Shown: positions 41,040 through 50,562 of the stretch, piece after piece
Position numbering within the stretch: the stretch's first letter is position 1
Layout of the letters: every line of letters begins with the position of its first letter
Assembly: GCA_039588275.1 (NCBI GenBank)
Contig: JBDHAC010000009.1
Span: 25,883 to 89,882, forward strand
Direction: 5' to 3'
DNA length: 64,000 nt
Source: Gemmatimonadota bacterium
GTDB taxonomy: Bacteria > Gemmatimonadota > Gemmatimonadetes > Palauibacterales > Palauibacteraceae
Translations under genes and position numbers: made by a program
Notes under the pieces: generated by a model
Databases searched by the model: none
What the model saw: only the letters and a program-made list of their open reading frames with translations
What the model was told of the DNA's origin: nothing

Positions 41040-41953
41040 TTCCTCCATCTCTGTCGTCCCATCCGTGGGCGGCACTCGATCATTTCCTCAAGCTCGGGCC
41101 CGAGCGGCGTGAGTGGGGCGACGCGGGTGTCGTAATCCTCCCGATCCCGTATGAGGCCACCACGAGTTGGGGCACGGGCACCCGCGAGGGGCCCGAGGCG
41201 ATCCTGCGAGCCTCGCGGTACATCGAGCTCTACGATGAGGAGTTGGACTTCGAGCCCGCCGGGGCCGGCGTGTGCACGCTGCCCGCGATCCGGCTCTCGA
41301 AGGCGGGGCCGGAGCGAGCGATCGAGGAGCTCCGCGCGCTGTACGCCGACCTGCTGGAAGCGGCCCGCGACCGCCTGGTGATCGGGCTGGGCGGAGAGCA
41401 CTCGATCAGCAGCGCGCCCGCCGCGGCGTGGGCGGATCGGTTGGAGGGAGGACTGTCGGTCCTCCAGTTCGATGCCCACTCCGACCTGCGGGACGAGTAT
41501 CACGGCACGCCGTGGAATCACGCTTGTGCGATGCGGCGTACGCTCGAGCATGTGGACCGCGTGGTCGCGGTCGGGATCCGCTCGCTCACATCCGAGGAGC
41601 GGGAGCTGATCCGGCGGACCCCGATCACGACGATCTTCGCGCACGAGATGCGGCGACCCGGGTGGGTCGAGAGAGCGCTGGAGGCGCTGGGCCCGGACGT
41701 CTACATCACATTCGACGTGGACTTCTTCGATCCCGCACTCGTCCCGGCCACGGGCACGCCCGAACCCGGGGGCGGTGACTGGTGGGATGCGCTCGACCTG
41801 CTCGCGGCCGTGTTCCGCGAGCGTCGAGTCGTCGGAGCGGACGTGGTGGAGCTCGCACCGAGGCCCGGGCAGGAGGCGTCAGACTTCGTGGCCGCGAAGC
41901 TCATCTACAAGATGATCGGCTATTGGCAGCGGGCGGGGTTCGCGGGATCGTGA
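41036..41953 (+). CDS. speB: Agmatinase (ureohydrolase family), apparent CTG start
   Basis: PYEATTS, GGEHS, DAHSD, DVDFFDP, GTPEPGG; start inferred at a CTG overlapping the upstream TGA. Confidence 0.88.
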   Translation: MIPPSLSSHPWAALDHFLKLGPERREWGDAGVVILPIPYEATTSWGTGTREGPEAILRASRYIELYDEELDFEPAGAGVCTLPAIRLSKAGPERAIEELRALYADLLEAARDRLVIGLGGEHSISSAPAAAWADRLEGGLSVLQFDAHSDLRDEYHGTPWNHACAMRRTLEHVDRVVAVGIRSLTSEERELIRRTPITTIFAHEMRRPGWVERALEALGPDVYITFDVDFFDPALVPATGTPEPGGGDWWDALDLLAAVFRERRVVGADVVELAPRPGQEASDFVAAKLIYKMIGYWQRAGFAGS

Positions 41954-42021
41954 CGAGGACTCCGGGGTGCGGCTGCCGCGGAGCCGGTCGCTGAAGTCCC
42001 GCAGCGATAAGCGACCACCTC

Positions 42022-43794
42022 TCAACCCGAGGCGACGACCGATCGTCGAGGCTCTTCGCCCAACTCTTCCGCCAGCAGCTGCCGTTCCAGCAAACGCGCG
42101 TAGGTCCCGCCCTTTGCCAGTAGCTCCGTGTGGCGACCGCGCTCCACGATTCGCCCCTCCTCGAGTACCAGGATAAGGTCCGCGCTCCGCACCGCCGAGA
42201 CACGGTGCGAGATGATGATCGACGTGCGCCCCGCCATGTACTCCCGCAAACCGCTCAGGATCGCGGTCTCGGTTTCCGAGTCGACGGCCGAAAGCGCGTC
42301 GTCCAGGATGAGGATGGGAGCATCGCGGTATAGCGCGCGGGCCAACGTGGCTCGCTGCTTCTGGCCGCCGGAGAGGTTGATGCCGCGCTCTCCGAGCCTG
42401 GTGTCGAGCCCATCCGGTAACACATCGAGCGTGTCGCGGAGCTGGGCCACGTCGATCGCGCGCTCGAGGCCGGGAGTCAGCTCCTCCGTGTCGTAGCGCA
42501 GCTCGACGTTGCGGCGCAGCCTCATGCTGAACAGAAACGGGTCTTGCGGCACCGCCGCTACCGCCGAGCGGAGCTGGCTCAACGGCAGGTCCCGCACGTC
42601 GGCACCGTCGATGCGTACGACCCCCGACGTCGCGTCGTACAGACGCGGGATGAGCCGTCCCAGACTCGTCTTGCCGCTTGCCGTGGCTCCGACGATCGCC
42701 ACCGTCTGACCGGACTCGATGCGGAAGGACACGTCCCGAAGCACCCAGTGCTCGGCTCCTGGATAGCGGAACGAAACCTCGTCGAACTCCACCTCTCCGC
42801 GGATCTCGCTCAGCTCGACGGGCTCGATCGGATCCGCGATCGCCGGCTCGATATCGAGCAGCTCGTTGATCCTGCCCATGGATGCCGCCCCTCGCTGAAA
42901 CAGATTCGTGACCCAGCCGAGAGCGATCATCGGCCACGTCAGAAGCGTGAGGTAGAAGGAAAAGGCCACGAAATCACCCAGCGTGATCTGGCCCTGTATC
43001 ACTCGACCGCCGCCAAACCAGAGCACGACCACGGCACCGAGTCCGGTCAGCAGGATCAGACCCGGGTGGAACGCCCCCCACACGCGCGCGAGGCTCAAGT
43101 TGCGAGCCTTGTACTCTTGGTTGAGGGCGCCGAACTCTTCCGCTTGGGCGTCTTCGCGCGCGTAGGCCTTCACGATCCGGATGCCGCTCAGGTTCTCCTG
43201 CGCGAAGTTGGAGAGCTCGCTGAACTGGCTCTGGATGCGCTCGAACTTCGTATGGATCCTCTTGCCGAACGCGAACACGACCGGTGGGACGAACAACATC
43301 GGGATCATCGCGATCGCCGTCAGCCAAGGATCGATCCACATCATGAGTCCGAGCGCCAGCGCCGACACGGTAGCGGTGTTCACGAGGTACATGATCGCCG
43401 GACCGGCCACCATGCGTACCGCCCCGACGTCGTTGGTCGCGCGGCTCATGAGGTCGCCCGTGCGCCACCGGTCGAAGAACTGCGCCGGGAGCCGCATCAA
43501 GTGCGTGAACAGAGCGCCCCGGATATCGGTCTCCATCCGGCGGCTGATCCCGTTCAGGAGCTCACGCATGAAGTACCGTCCGACCCCCGCAAGCAGGGCG
43601 ACGAGCACGATCAGGCCGGCGTACTGGAGGATCAGCCCGGCCCGCAGCTCTTGCTCGAGCGCATCGATCGCGACCTTGAGCAGGTACGGACCCGCCACCG
43701 TGAAGAGGTTGCTGACGACGACCAGGACCAGCCCGATCGCCATCCCGGCCCGATAGGGTCGGAAGAAGGGCAGCAGACTCCTCAATTCCCGCAT
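42022..43794 (-). CDS. ABC exporter, fused TMD-NBD (MdlA/YheI-like)
   Basis: TGDLMSRATND, Walker A GATASGKT, LSGGQKQR, Walker B ILILDDALSAVD, SHR. Confidence 0.93.
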   Translation of the reverse strand: MRELRSLLPFFRPYRAGMAIGLVLVVVSNLFTVAGPYLLKVAIDALEQELRAGLILQYAGLIVLVALLAGVGRYFMRELLNGISRRMETDIRGALFTHLMRLPAQFFDRWRTGDLMSRATNDVGAVRMVAGPAIMYLVNTATVSALALGLMMWIDPWLTAIAMIPMLFVPPVVFAFGKRIHTKFERIQSQFSELSNFAQENLSGIRIVKAYAREDAQAEEFGALNQEYKARNLSLARVWGAFHPGLILLTGLGAVVVLWFGGGRVIQGQITLGDFVAFSFYLTLLTWPMIALGWVTNLFQRGAASMGRINELLDIEPAIADPIEPVELSEIRGEVEFDEVSFRYPGAEHWVLRDVSFRIESGQTVAIVGATASGKTSLGRLIPRLYDATSGVVRIDGADVRDLPLSQLRSAVAAVPQDPFLFSMRLRRNVELRYDTEELTPGLERAIDVAQLRDTLDVLPDGLDTRLGERGINLSGGQKQRATLARALYRDAPILILDDALSAVDSETETAILSGLREYMAGRTSIIISHRVSAVRSADLILVLEEGRIVERGRHTELLAKGGTYARLLERQLLAEELGEEPRRSVVASG

Positions 43795-44016
43795 GCCAGA
43801 GCTTCCTCGAATCGTCGGGCGCGAGCAGGTCGCTTCACCCGAGCTCGGCGGTGGCCCGTCCGTGACCTCGGAACCGTCGGGACGGTCTACGGTATGCCTC
43901 ACCCGTGGGGGAGAGGCCGGGATCGAAGCCGCAAGCTAGGGCGACGTCGATAGCCGTACAACGAAGCGTGCGGTCTCGGCAGGTCGAGTTGGCCTGATGA
44001 TCGGGGAGAGGATTCG

Positions 44017-44916
44017 ATGCGGAGGAGAGCGCCAGTCGTCTCGTTACACAGCGTAGGATCGTACCTCGCCATCCTGCTCGGGATGTCGATCGGAATCACG
44101 GCCTGTGGCGGCGATGCGGAGCCCATCGACCAGGCGGCCGTGGACCGCGAGATGGATCTCGCGCTGGAGGGAGAAGGGGTCGAGCCGGAGTTGGCCGACG
44201 AGCCACAGGGTGACGTGGACGAGCTCGAAATGCCCGCCCCGCCACCGGCTCCGCCACCCGCCGCGCCCCCGGTTCGGCAGGCACCGCCCCCGCCCCCGCC
44301 GCCGCCCGCGGCACCGGCGGAGGTCGAGGAGCCGGCCGAGCAGCCCGTGGAGCCCGATCCGGAGCCCGCGACGATCACGCTGTCGGCCGACTCCGGCACC
44401 GAGTTCCGGGTGCGGTTGCGGCAGGAGCTGAGCACCAAGGACAACAAGCCCGGTGACCGATTCACGGCGAGCGTGGTCGAGCCCCTGATCGACGGAAGCA
44501 TGGTCGTCGTCCACACGAATGCGATCGTTCGTGGCGAGGTCACCGCCGTTCAGCAATCGGGGAGCCAGGGTGAGGCGGCGGTTATCAAGATCGCTTTCCT
44601 CGATGTCACCGTTAACGGCGTGACGTACCCCTTGAGCGCGTCGGTCGTGGAAGCCAACCCCGAGACCGAGGGACGATACTCGACCGGGGACAAGGCCGCG
44701 CGGATCGGTGGTGGTGCGGTGGCGGGAGCCATCCTGGGGCGGGTCCTCGGGGGGAATGCCAAGGGGACGATCATCGGTGCGGCAGTCGGCGCGGCCGCGG
44801 GGACGGCGATCACGCTCGCGACCGAAGACGTGGATGCGGTGCTGCCGGCGGGCTCGGAGCTGCGGCTTCGTCTCGATGAGCCACTGATCGTCACCGTCGC
44901 CGACCCGGCAGGCTAG
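44017..44916 (+). CDS. Pro-rich lipoprotein with TrbI/VirB10-like beta domain and glycine zipper
   Basis: Lipobox ITAC; poly-Pro linker; GTEFRVRL..ELST..GDRF; GGGAVAGAILG...GAAVGAAAG. Confidence 0.65.
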   Translation: MRRRAPVVSLHSVGSYLAILLGMSIGITACGGDAEPIDQAAVDREMDLALEGEGVEPELADEPQGDVDELEMPAPPPAPPPAAPPVRQAPPPPPPPPAAPAEVEEPAEQPVEPDPEPATITLSADSGTEFRVRLRQELSTKDNKPGDRFTASVVEPLIDGSMVVVHTNAIVRGEVTAVQQSGSQGEAAVIKIAFLDVTVNGVTYPLSASVVEANPETEGRYSTGDKAARIGGGAVAGAILGRVLGGNAKGTIIGAAVGAAAGTAITLATEDVDAVLPAGSELRLRLDEPLIVTVADPAG

Positions 44917-44968
44917 CCGCGGCTTGGAGTCTCCCCGGTGGCGTCCGGCCTCCGGGGGAACTCCATCG

Positions 44969-46777
44969 TCAGTGTCCCAGCGCGGCGCTTCCGCCCCGAG
45001 GGTCCGCGGCGCCGAATCGCGTGCCACCGGGTGCGATGTAGATCGACTCCACGACGCCCGAGTACCCTCGCCGCTCACTCATCTGATGCCCCCTGCGCAC
45101 CAGCTCCGCGATCACGTTCGGGCGCAGCCCACCACCCTCGTAGAAGATCACGTCGGGCAGGTTCTGGTGGTGGAAGCGGGGGGCATTCACCGAAGTTTGA
45201 ACCGGCAACCCGAAGTCGATGTAGTTCGTCACCATCTGGAAGACGGTGGTGATGATAGTGCCTCCCCCTGGAGTACCGGTCACGAGCTCGGTGCGACCGT
45301 CCGGTGCTACGACGATGGTGGGTGTCATGGACGACAGCATCCGCTTCCCGGGTTGTATCGCGTTCGCTTCCCCTTGCACGAGTCCGTACATGTTCGGTGT
45401 GCCTGGCTTCGCGGCGAAGTCGTCCATCTCGTTGTTGAGCAGGAAGCCGGCGCCCCGTACGACGACTCCAGAGCCGAAGCCTCCGTTGAGTGTCGTGGTA
45501 ACGGCGACCGCGTTCCCGGTCTCGTCGACGACGGAGAAGTGGGTCGTCTCCGAGCTCTCCGAGAGCACCCGATTGAGGCGCTCGGAAGACGAGGCGCGCT
45601 CGAGGTCGATCGACGCCCTCAGGGAGTCGGCGTACGCGTGGCTAAGCAGGAGCGCCACCGGAATCTCGACGAAATCGGGGTCGCCCAGGTAGTGGTTCCG
45701 GTCCGCATACGCACGCCGCATCGCTTCGACGGCGACGTGAACCGCATCGGCCGAGTGCCAGCCGAAGCTCTCGAGGTCATACCCTTCCACGATGTGGAGC
45801 AGCTCACCGAGCGTCACGCCTCCCGATGAGGGCGGGGGCATCGAGATGATCTCCCGACCGCGATACTCGAAGACGATCGGCTCCCGCCAGACGGCCTCGT
45901 AGGCGGCGAGATCTTCGTGACCGATGAGCCCTCCGCCCCGCGTCATCTCCGCCACCAGCGAGTCCGCTACCCACCCCCGGTAGAAGGCGTCCGCTCCGCC
46001 CGCCGCGATCGCCTCCAGGGTCCGCGTGAGATCGGCCTGGACGAGCCGCTCGCCTCCCTGTGGTGTGCGACCGCCCGGGTTGAATACCGCAGCCGTGGCC
46101 GGGAATTGGGAGAAGCGCTCTCGGGCCCCGGCGAGCGCTCGCGCGAGCCGCGGACGCATCCGAATGCCCCGCGCGTACCGAATCGCTGGGGCCAGGAGGC
46201 GCTCCCACGGGAGCGTTCCGAAGCGCCGGTGCGCCTCTTCCATCCCCTTGACCGAGCCCGGCACGCCCGCGGCCAAGTGTCCGATCCGGCTCTCCTCGGT
46301 GACTTGGTCCGCCTCGTCGAGGTACATGTCGCGCGTCGCCCGACCGGGAGCCCGCTCGCGGAAGTCGAGCGCGGCGCGCGTATCATCGGCGAGCCGCACG
46401 ATCATGAAGCCCCCACCCCCGATGTTGCCCGCCTGTGGGTGGGTGACCGCGAGGGCGAACTGGACGGCGATCGCCGCGTCCACGGCGTTTCCACCCGCCA
46501 GCAGGACCTCGAGGCCGGCCGCGCTCGCCAGCGAGTCGGTCGAGACCACCATGCCACCCGGCGCCGACGCGGGGGGCTGGGCTGCCGAAAGCTCCCACCG
46601 GGCGGGGAAGCGCTCGACCCAGGCCTCGGCCGGGGTCCCGGTGCCATCGGGCAGCGTGGGCGGAACCCCGGCGCCGCCGCCGGCGCATCCCGCGACCAGG
46701 ACGGTGACGAGGGCGACGCCGATGCGTCGGATCCGTGCTCCGTGCTCAGGGGCCGGGGCATTCCAGCGCGCGGTCAT
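44969..46777 (-). CDS. ggt: Gamma-glutamyltranspeptidase (lipoprotein)
   Basis: GGNAVDAA, DFRERAP, PPPSSGG, ETTHFS (autocleavage Thr), NNEMDDF, SSMTPT; lipobox VAGC; ATGA overlap. Confidence 0.95.
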   Translation of the reverse strand: MTARWNAPAPEHGARIRRIGVALVTVLVAGCAGGGAGVPPTLPDGTGTPAEAWVERFPARWELSAAQPPASAPGGMVVSTDSLASAAGLEVLLAGGNAVDAAIAVQFALAVTHPQAGNIGGGGFMIVRLADDTRAALDFRERAPGRATRDMYLDEADQVTEESRIGHLAAGVPGSVKGMEEAHRRFGTLPWERLLAPAIRYARGIRMRPRLARALAGARERFSQFPATAAVFNPGGRTPQGGERLVQADLTRTLEAIAAGGADAFYRGWVADSLVAEMTRGGGLIGHEDLAAYEAVWREPIVFEYRGREIISMPPPSSGGVTLGELLHIVEGYDLESFGWHSADAVHVAVEAMRRAYADRNHYLGDPDFVEIPVALLLSHAYADSLRASIDLERASSSERLNRVLSESSETTHFSVVDETGNAVAVTTTLNGGFGSGVVVRGAGFLLNNEMDDFAAKPGTPNMYGLVQGEANAIQPGKRMLSSMTPTIVVAPDGRTELVTGTPGGGTIITTVFQMVTNYIDFGLPVQTSVNAPRFHHQNLPDVIFYEGGGLRPNVIAELVRRGHQMSERRGYSGVVESIYIAPGGTRFGAADPRGGSAALGH

Positions 46778-47475
46778 TCGATACGAACTCCCACTCGGGG
46801 GCACGTGTCCGCGAGCGGACAACGCTCGCAGGAGGGACGCCGGGCGGTGCATAGGTCTCTCCCCAACTCGATCAGGTGTATGTGCAGCGCGAACCGGATT
46901 CCTTCGGGCACGTGCTGGTTGAGCACCCGGTGCGTTGCGGCCGGGGTCGCACCAGGCGGCACCCACCCGAGCCGAATCGCGATGCGGTACACGTGGGTGT
47001 CGACGGGCAGTACGGATCTGCCGAGCGCGAAGCACAGGACACACGCGGCGGTCTTGATCCCGACGCCTTTGAAGCTCGAGAGGTACGCGAGCGCGTCGTC
47101 ATCCGACATCTCGGTCAGATGATCGAGGCTCGGGCTTCCCACCTCCGATTGCAGCCTCTCGAGGGCGGTATGGATCGCCGCGGCCTTTTGCGTCGCGAGC
47201 CCGGCGATTCGGATCGTCGTCTCGAGCTCGGCCCTGGGCGCGCGTCGAACGGCATTCCAGGCCGGATACCGGTCGCGCAGTGCGTCCCAGGCCCGATCGC
47301 GGTTCCGGTCTGTCGTGCTTTGGCTGAGAATCGTGAGGACGAGCTCCTCCAGGGGGTCCAGCCGAAGCTTCCCCGGTGAGCCGTAGCGACCGGCCAGCCT
47401 CGCCTCCGCGTGGCTGGCACGCGACGGGTCGAGGGCCTCGACCTGTGGACCTAAGACCTCGACCCCTGACCCCAA
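46774..47475 (-). CDS. Endonuclease III-family HhH-GPD DNA glycosylase
   Basis: ILSQSTTD, GVGIKTA, PVDTHV, C-x6-C-x2-C-x5-C [4Fe-4S] motif; start uncertain. Confidence 0.9.
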   Translation of the reverse strand: MGSGVEVLGPQVEALDPSRASHAEARLAGRYGSPGKLRLDPLEELVLTILSQSTTDRNRDRAWDALRDRYPAWNAVRRAPRAELETTIRIAGLATQKAAAIHTALERLQSEVGSPSLDHLTEMSDDDALAYLSSFKGVGIKTAACVLCFALGRSVLPVDTHVYRIAIRLGWVPPGATPAATHRVLNQHVPEGIRFALHIHLIELGRDLCTARRPSCERCPLADTCPRVGVRIE

Positions 47476-47518
47476 CGCGGGTGGCCCGTTGCTTCCGGCG
47501 GCCCTCGATTCCCCCGCC

Positions 47519-47797
47519 TTACCACCGCTTCCCGCCGATGAGCACCCCGAGGACCGCGACGAACAAGGCCGAGCCGCCGACGGCCCACACGATCGGGAAG
47601 TCGACCCCGCCCACGGTCAGCACGTAGAACAGGGGCAAGTTGAAGGTGCCAGCGATCCACATCGCGAGCACGGCTCCGACGAGGCCGACGGCCGTGCCCA
47701 CCAGAAACCCGCCGAGAGAATAGCCGGCGATCGCCTGCCCGAACCCTCCGCAAACGACGGCGATGACCAGCAGCAGTACCAGCGCAGATAACGTCAC
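47519..47797 (-). CDS. Small membrane protein, GlsB/YeaQ/YmgE (transglycosylase-associated)-like
   Basis: GTG after GGAGG; three Gly-rich TM segments (GLVGAVL, WAVGGSALFV). Confidence 0.7.
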   Translation of the reverse strand: MTLSALVLLLVIAVVCGGFGQAIAGYSLGGFLVGTAVGLVGAVLAMWIAGTFNLPLFYVLTVGGVDFPIVWAVGGSALFVAVLGVLIGGKRW

Positions 47798-47975
47798 CAG
47801 AGCCTCCGCTTCACCACGGGCATGTCCTGTCGCGTGCCAAGGCCAATCCCTAGCTTTGCCGCACTGCTCGGGCGTGTTTCCAGGTGTCGAGCGCGCCCGA
47901 TTGCCGGAGCGCACGGAATGTAGGAAGGGCGTATGGGGGGAGCAACGTGAACGACGGGCGGGGTGCGAGCCGGGC

Positions 47976-49421
47976 GTGACGGACATCTGGGACCCCAGGC
48001 TCACCGAAGCGCGGAACCCGCGTACCGCCTCCATCGACCGAGCCGAGCCGGGGGCGATCGTCGAGCTCATGCAGCGCGAGGATCGGGCCGTCTACCCGGC
48101 AGTGGAGTCGCAGGCGTCCACCATCGCGGCCCTCATCGAACGCGTGGCCTCCAGCCTCCGCCACGGAGGGCGCCTCGTATACGTCGGAGCCGGGACGAGT
48201 GGCAGGCTCGGGGTGCTGGATGCGGCCGAATGCCCACCGACCTTCGGCACGGACCCGACCGTCGTACAGGGACTCATCGCGGGTGGCCCCGACGCCGTCT
48301 TCCGTAGCCGGGAGGGTGTGGAGGACGACCGTGACGCCGGCCGCGATGCCATCCGGGGCCTCGAGATCTCACGGACGGATTTCGTTCTCGGAATCGCGAC
48401 ATCCGGGACTACGCCATACGTGCATGCGGCTCTCGAAGAGGCGGTCGCGCGAGGCGCCGGCGTGGGTTTCCTGAGCTGCACCGATCCGCCGGATGCGATA
48501 CGCGAACTGGCGGATGTCCTGGTCACCCCGCTCGTGGGACCGGAGGTGATCGCGGGATCCACGCGGTTGAAGGCGGGGACGGCGACCAAGCTCGTGCTCA
48601 ACACGTTGACGACCGGCGTGATGATCCGCCTCGGCAAGGTGTACGGAAACCTCATGGTCGACCTGCGGGCCGTGAGCCTGAAGCTCGTCGATCGGGGTCT
48701 CCGGATCGTGGCTCACCTGTGTGCGATCGATCGAGAGGAGGCGCGCGCCCTGCTCCGTGACGCCGGCGGATCGGTCAAGACGGCCCTCGCCATGCAGAAG
48801 CTCGAGGTGAACCGGGCGATCGCCGAGCGTCTGTTGGACAACGTGGATGGGTTTCTGGGGGAGGCCCTGGAACGCTACGCGAGCCCTCCACGGCCCTACT
48901 ACGCCGGATACGCCTCGGACTTCTCGGCCGTCGATGCGAAGCGCCTCCTGACAGCTCTGGCGGACTCGCCGGTGGAGATCGCGGCCGCTTGCCGAGCGAG
49001 CGGGTCGAGCTCGTCGCATGGGGTGAGCCCGAGCCCCTGGACCGCTTCGGAACACGTCGCGCACCTGCTCGAATTCGAGACGGGAGCGGTGCGACCTCGC
49101 ATCGAGGCCTGGCTTGAGGGCGAGGAACCCGGCTTCGCAGATTTTCCGCCCTCCCCAGAACCCCCCGGGGGTGCACGGCCACTGGCGGATCTGCTCGACG
49201 AGCTCTTGCTGGCCCGGTCGGGCACGGTGGACACTCTGCGGTCGGCCGACTCCGATACGCTGAGTCGCGAGGCCGATCTGGCCGGGGAGCGGGTGTGTCT
49301 GTACCAGTTCCTGCGCGGGGTCCGGCACCACGACCTGGCCCACACGCAACGCATCGAAGAGCGCGTCCACCCGGCACTGTTCGAGCCGGATTCCAACCCC
49401 CCCCTCGCTCCCGCCTACTGA
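47976..49421 (+). CDS. murQ: N-acetylmuramic acid 6-phosphate etherase fused to a C-terminal DinB/YfiT-like domain
   Basis: TEARNP, GAGTSGRLGVLDAAECPPTF, GPEVIAGSTRLKAGTATK, GNLMVD; extra about 170 aa with WTASEHVAHL and HHDLAH. Confidence 0.9.
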   Translation: MTDIWDPRLTEARNPRTASIDRAEPGAIVELMQREDRAVYPAVESQASTIAALIERVASSLRHGGRLVYVGAGTSGRLGVLDAAECPPTFGTDPTVVQGLIAGGPDAVFRSREGVEDDRDAGRDAIRGLEISRTDFVLGIATSGTTPYVHAALEEAVARGAGVGFLSCTDPPDAIRELADVLVTPLVGPEVIAGSTRLKAGTATKLVLNTLTTGVMIRLGKVYGNLMVDLRAVSLKLVDRGLRIVAHLCAIDREEARALLRDAGGSVKTALAMQKLEVNRAIAERLLDNVDGFLGEALERYASPPRPYYAGYASDFSAVDAKRLLTALADSPVEIAAACRASGSSSSHGVSPSPWTASEHVAHLLEFETGAVRPRIEAWLEGEEPGFADFPPSPEPPGGARPLADLLDELLLARSGTVDTLRSADSDTLSREADLAGERVCLYQFLRGVRHHDLAHTQRIEERVHPALFEPDSNPPLAPAY

Positions 49422-50549
49422 ATGGAACGCTATCTGGGTCTCATGTCGGGGACATCGCTCGATGGAGTCGACGTGGCGTTGGTCGGGTTCGAGGGCGAGG
49501 GAGAGCGCCCCGAGCGCGCGGAACCCTTCGCGTACACGGTCTTCCCGTACGAGCGCGCCTTCCGTGCCCGTCTGCGAGATGCGTGCGCGACCGGGTCCGT
49601 CGCCGAGCTATGCCGCCTCAACTTCGAGCTCGGCGCCCTGTTCGCGGCGGCGATCACGGAGACGCTGGCGGACTCGGGCGTGGACCCGTCGGACATCGTC
49701 GCGATCGGCAGCCACGGCCAAACGGTGTGGCACGAGCCGCCCGCGGGCGCCCCCGGGAGCACGCTCCAGATCGGCGAAGCGGCCGTCATAGCGGAGCGCA
49801 CAGGCATCCCGGTGGTCGCCGACTTCCGCGTGCGCGACGTGGCGGCGGGCGGGCAGGGGGCGCCGCTGACCGCGTATACGGACCGCCTGCTATTCACCGA
49901 CGATCGGCGGGGTCGCGCCATCCAGAACCTCGGCGGAATGGGCAACGTCACCGCGCTGCCGGCGGCCACGTCGCACGCCGGGCCGCTCGCGTTCGATACG
50001 GGACCGGGGGTGGCCCTCCTGGACGCGGCTGCGCAGCGCCTGACGGACGGCGTGCAGCTGTTCGATGTCGACGGCGCGCTCGCGGCAGCCGGCATCCCCA
50101 TCGATGACGCGCTCGCGGAGTGGCTCGGTGACCCCTTCTTCGACGAGCCTCCGCCCCGCTCGACCGGGCGAGAGCACTTCAGCGAGGGCAGACTGGAAGC
50201 CTGGCTGGCGCGCCACGACGGCCGATCGCCGGCGGATCTGCTCGCCACGCTGAGCGAGCTCACGGCGCGTTCGATCGCCTCGAGCTACCGGTGGATCGAC
50301 TTCGAGATCGATGAAGTCCTCCTGTGCGGGGGCGGCTCGCGCAACCCGGAGCTTTCCCGGCGCATCGCCTCGCAATTGGCACCGGTCCCGGTGCGTGGCC
50401 TGGAGTCGATCGGCTGGGACCCCGAAGCACGGGAGGCGATCGCGTTCGCGCTCCTCGCGAGACAGCACGTACACGGCTATCGCGCGGGCGCCCCTTGGGC
50501 GACGGGGGCACGCGGCGCACGTACCCTCGGCAAGTGGGTGCCGGGTTGA
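49422..50549 (+). CDS. anmK: Anhydro-N-acetylmuramic acid kinase
   Basis: GLMSGTSLDGVD, GSHGQTVWH, DFR..DVAAGGQGAPL, NLGG, FDTGPG, STGRE, EAIAFA. Confidence 0.96.
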   Translation: MERYLGLMSGTSLDGVDVALVGFEGEGERPERAEPFAYTVFPYERAFRARLRDACATGSVAELCRLNFELGALFAAAITETLADSGVDPSDIVAIGSHGQTVWHEPPAGAPGSTLQIGEAAVIAERTGIPVVADFRVRDVAAGGQGAPLTAYTDRLLFTDDRRGRAIQNLGGMGNVTALPAATSHAGPLAFDTGPGVALLDAAAQRLTDGVQLFDVDGALAAAGIPIDDALAEWLGDPFFDEPPPRSTGREHFSEGRLEAWLARHDGRSPADLLATLSELTARSIASSYRWIDFEIDEVLLCGGGSRNPELSRRIASQLAPVPVRGLESIGWDPEAREAIAFALLARQHVHGYRAGAPWATGARGARTLGKWVPG

Positions 50550-50562
50550 GGGACGTGAAGGC

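Noticed and set aside
41031..41045. Antizyme-like +1 frameshift (ACC-TGA-T) into agmatinase
   Set aside because: Agmatinase is in the -1 frame relative to the upstream ORF, not +1, and there is no slippery heptamer
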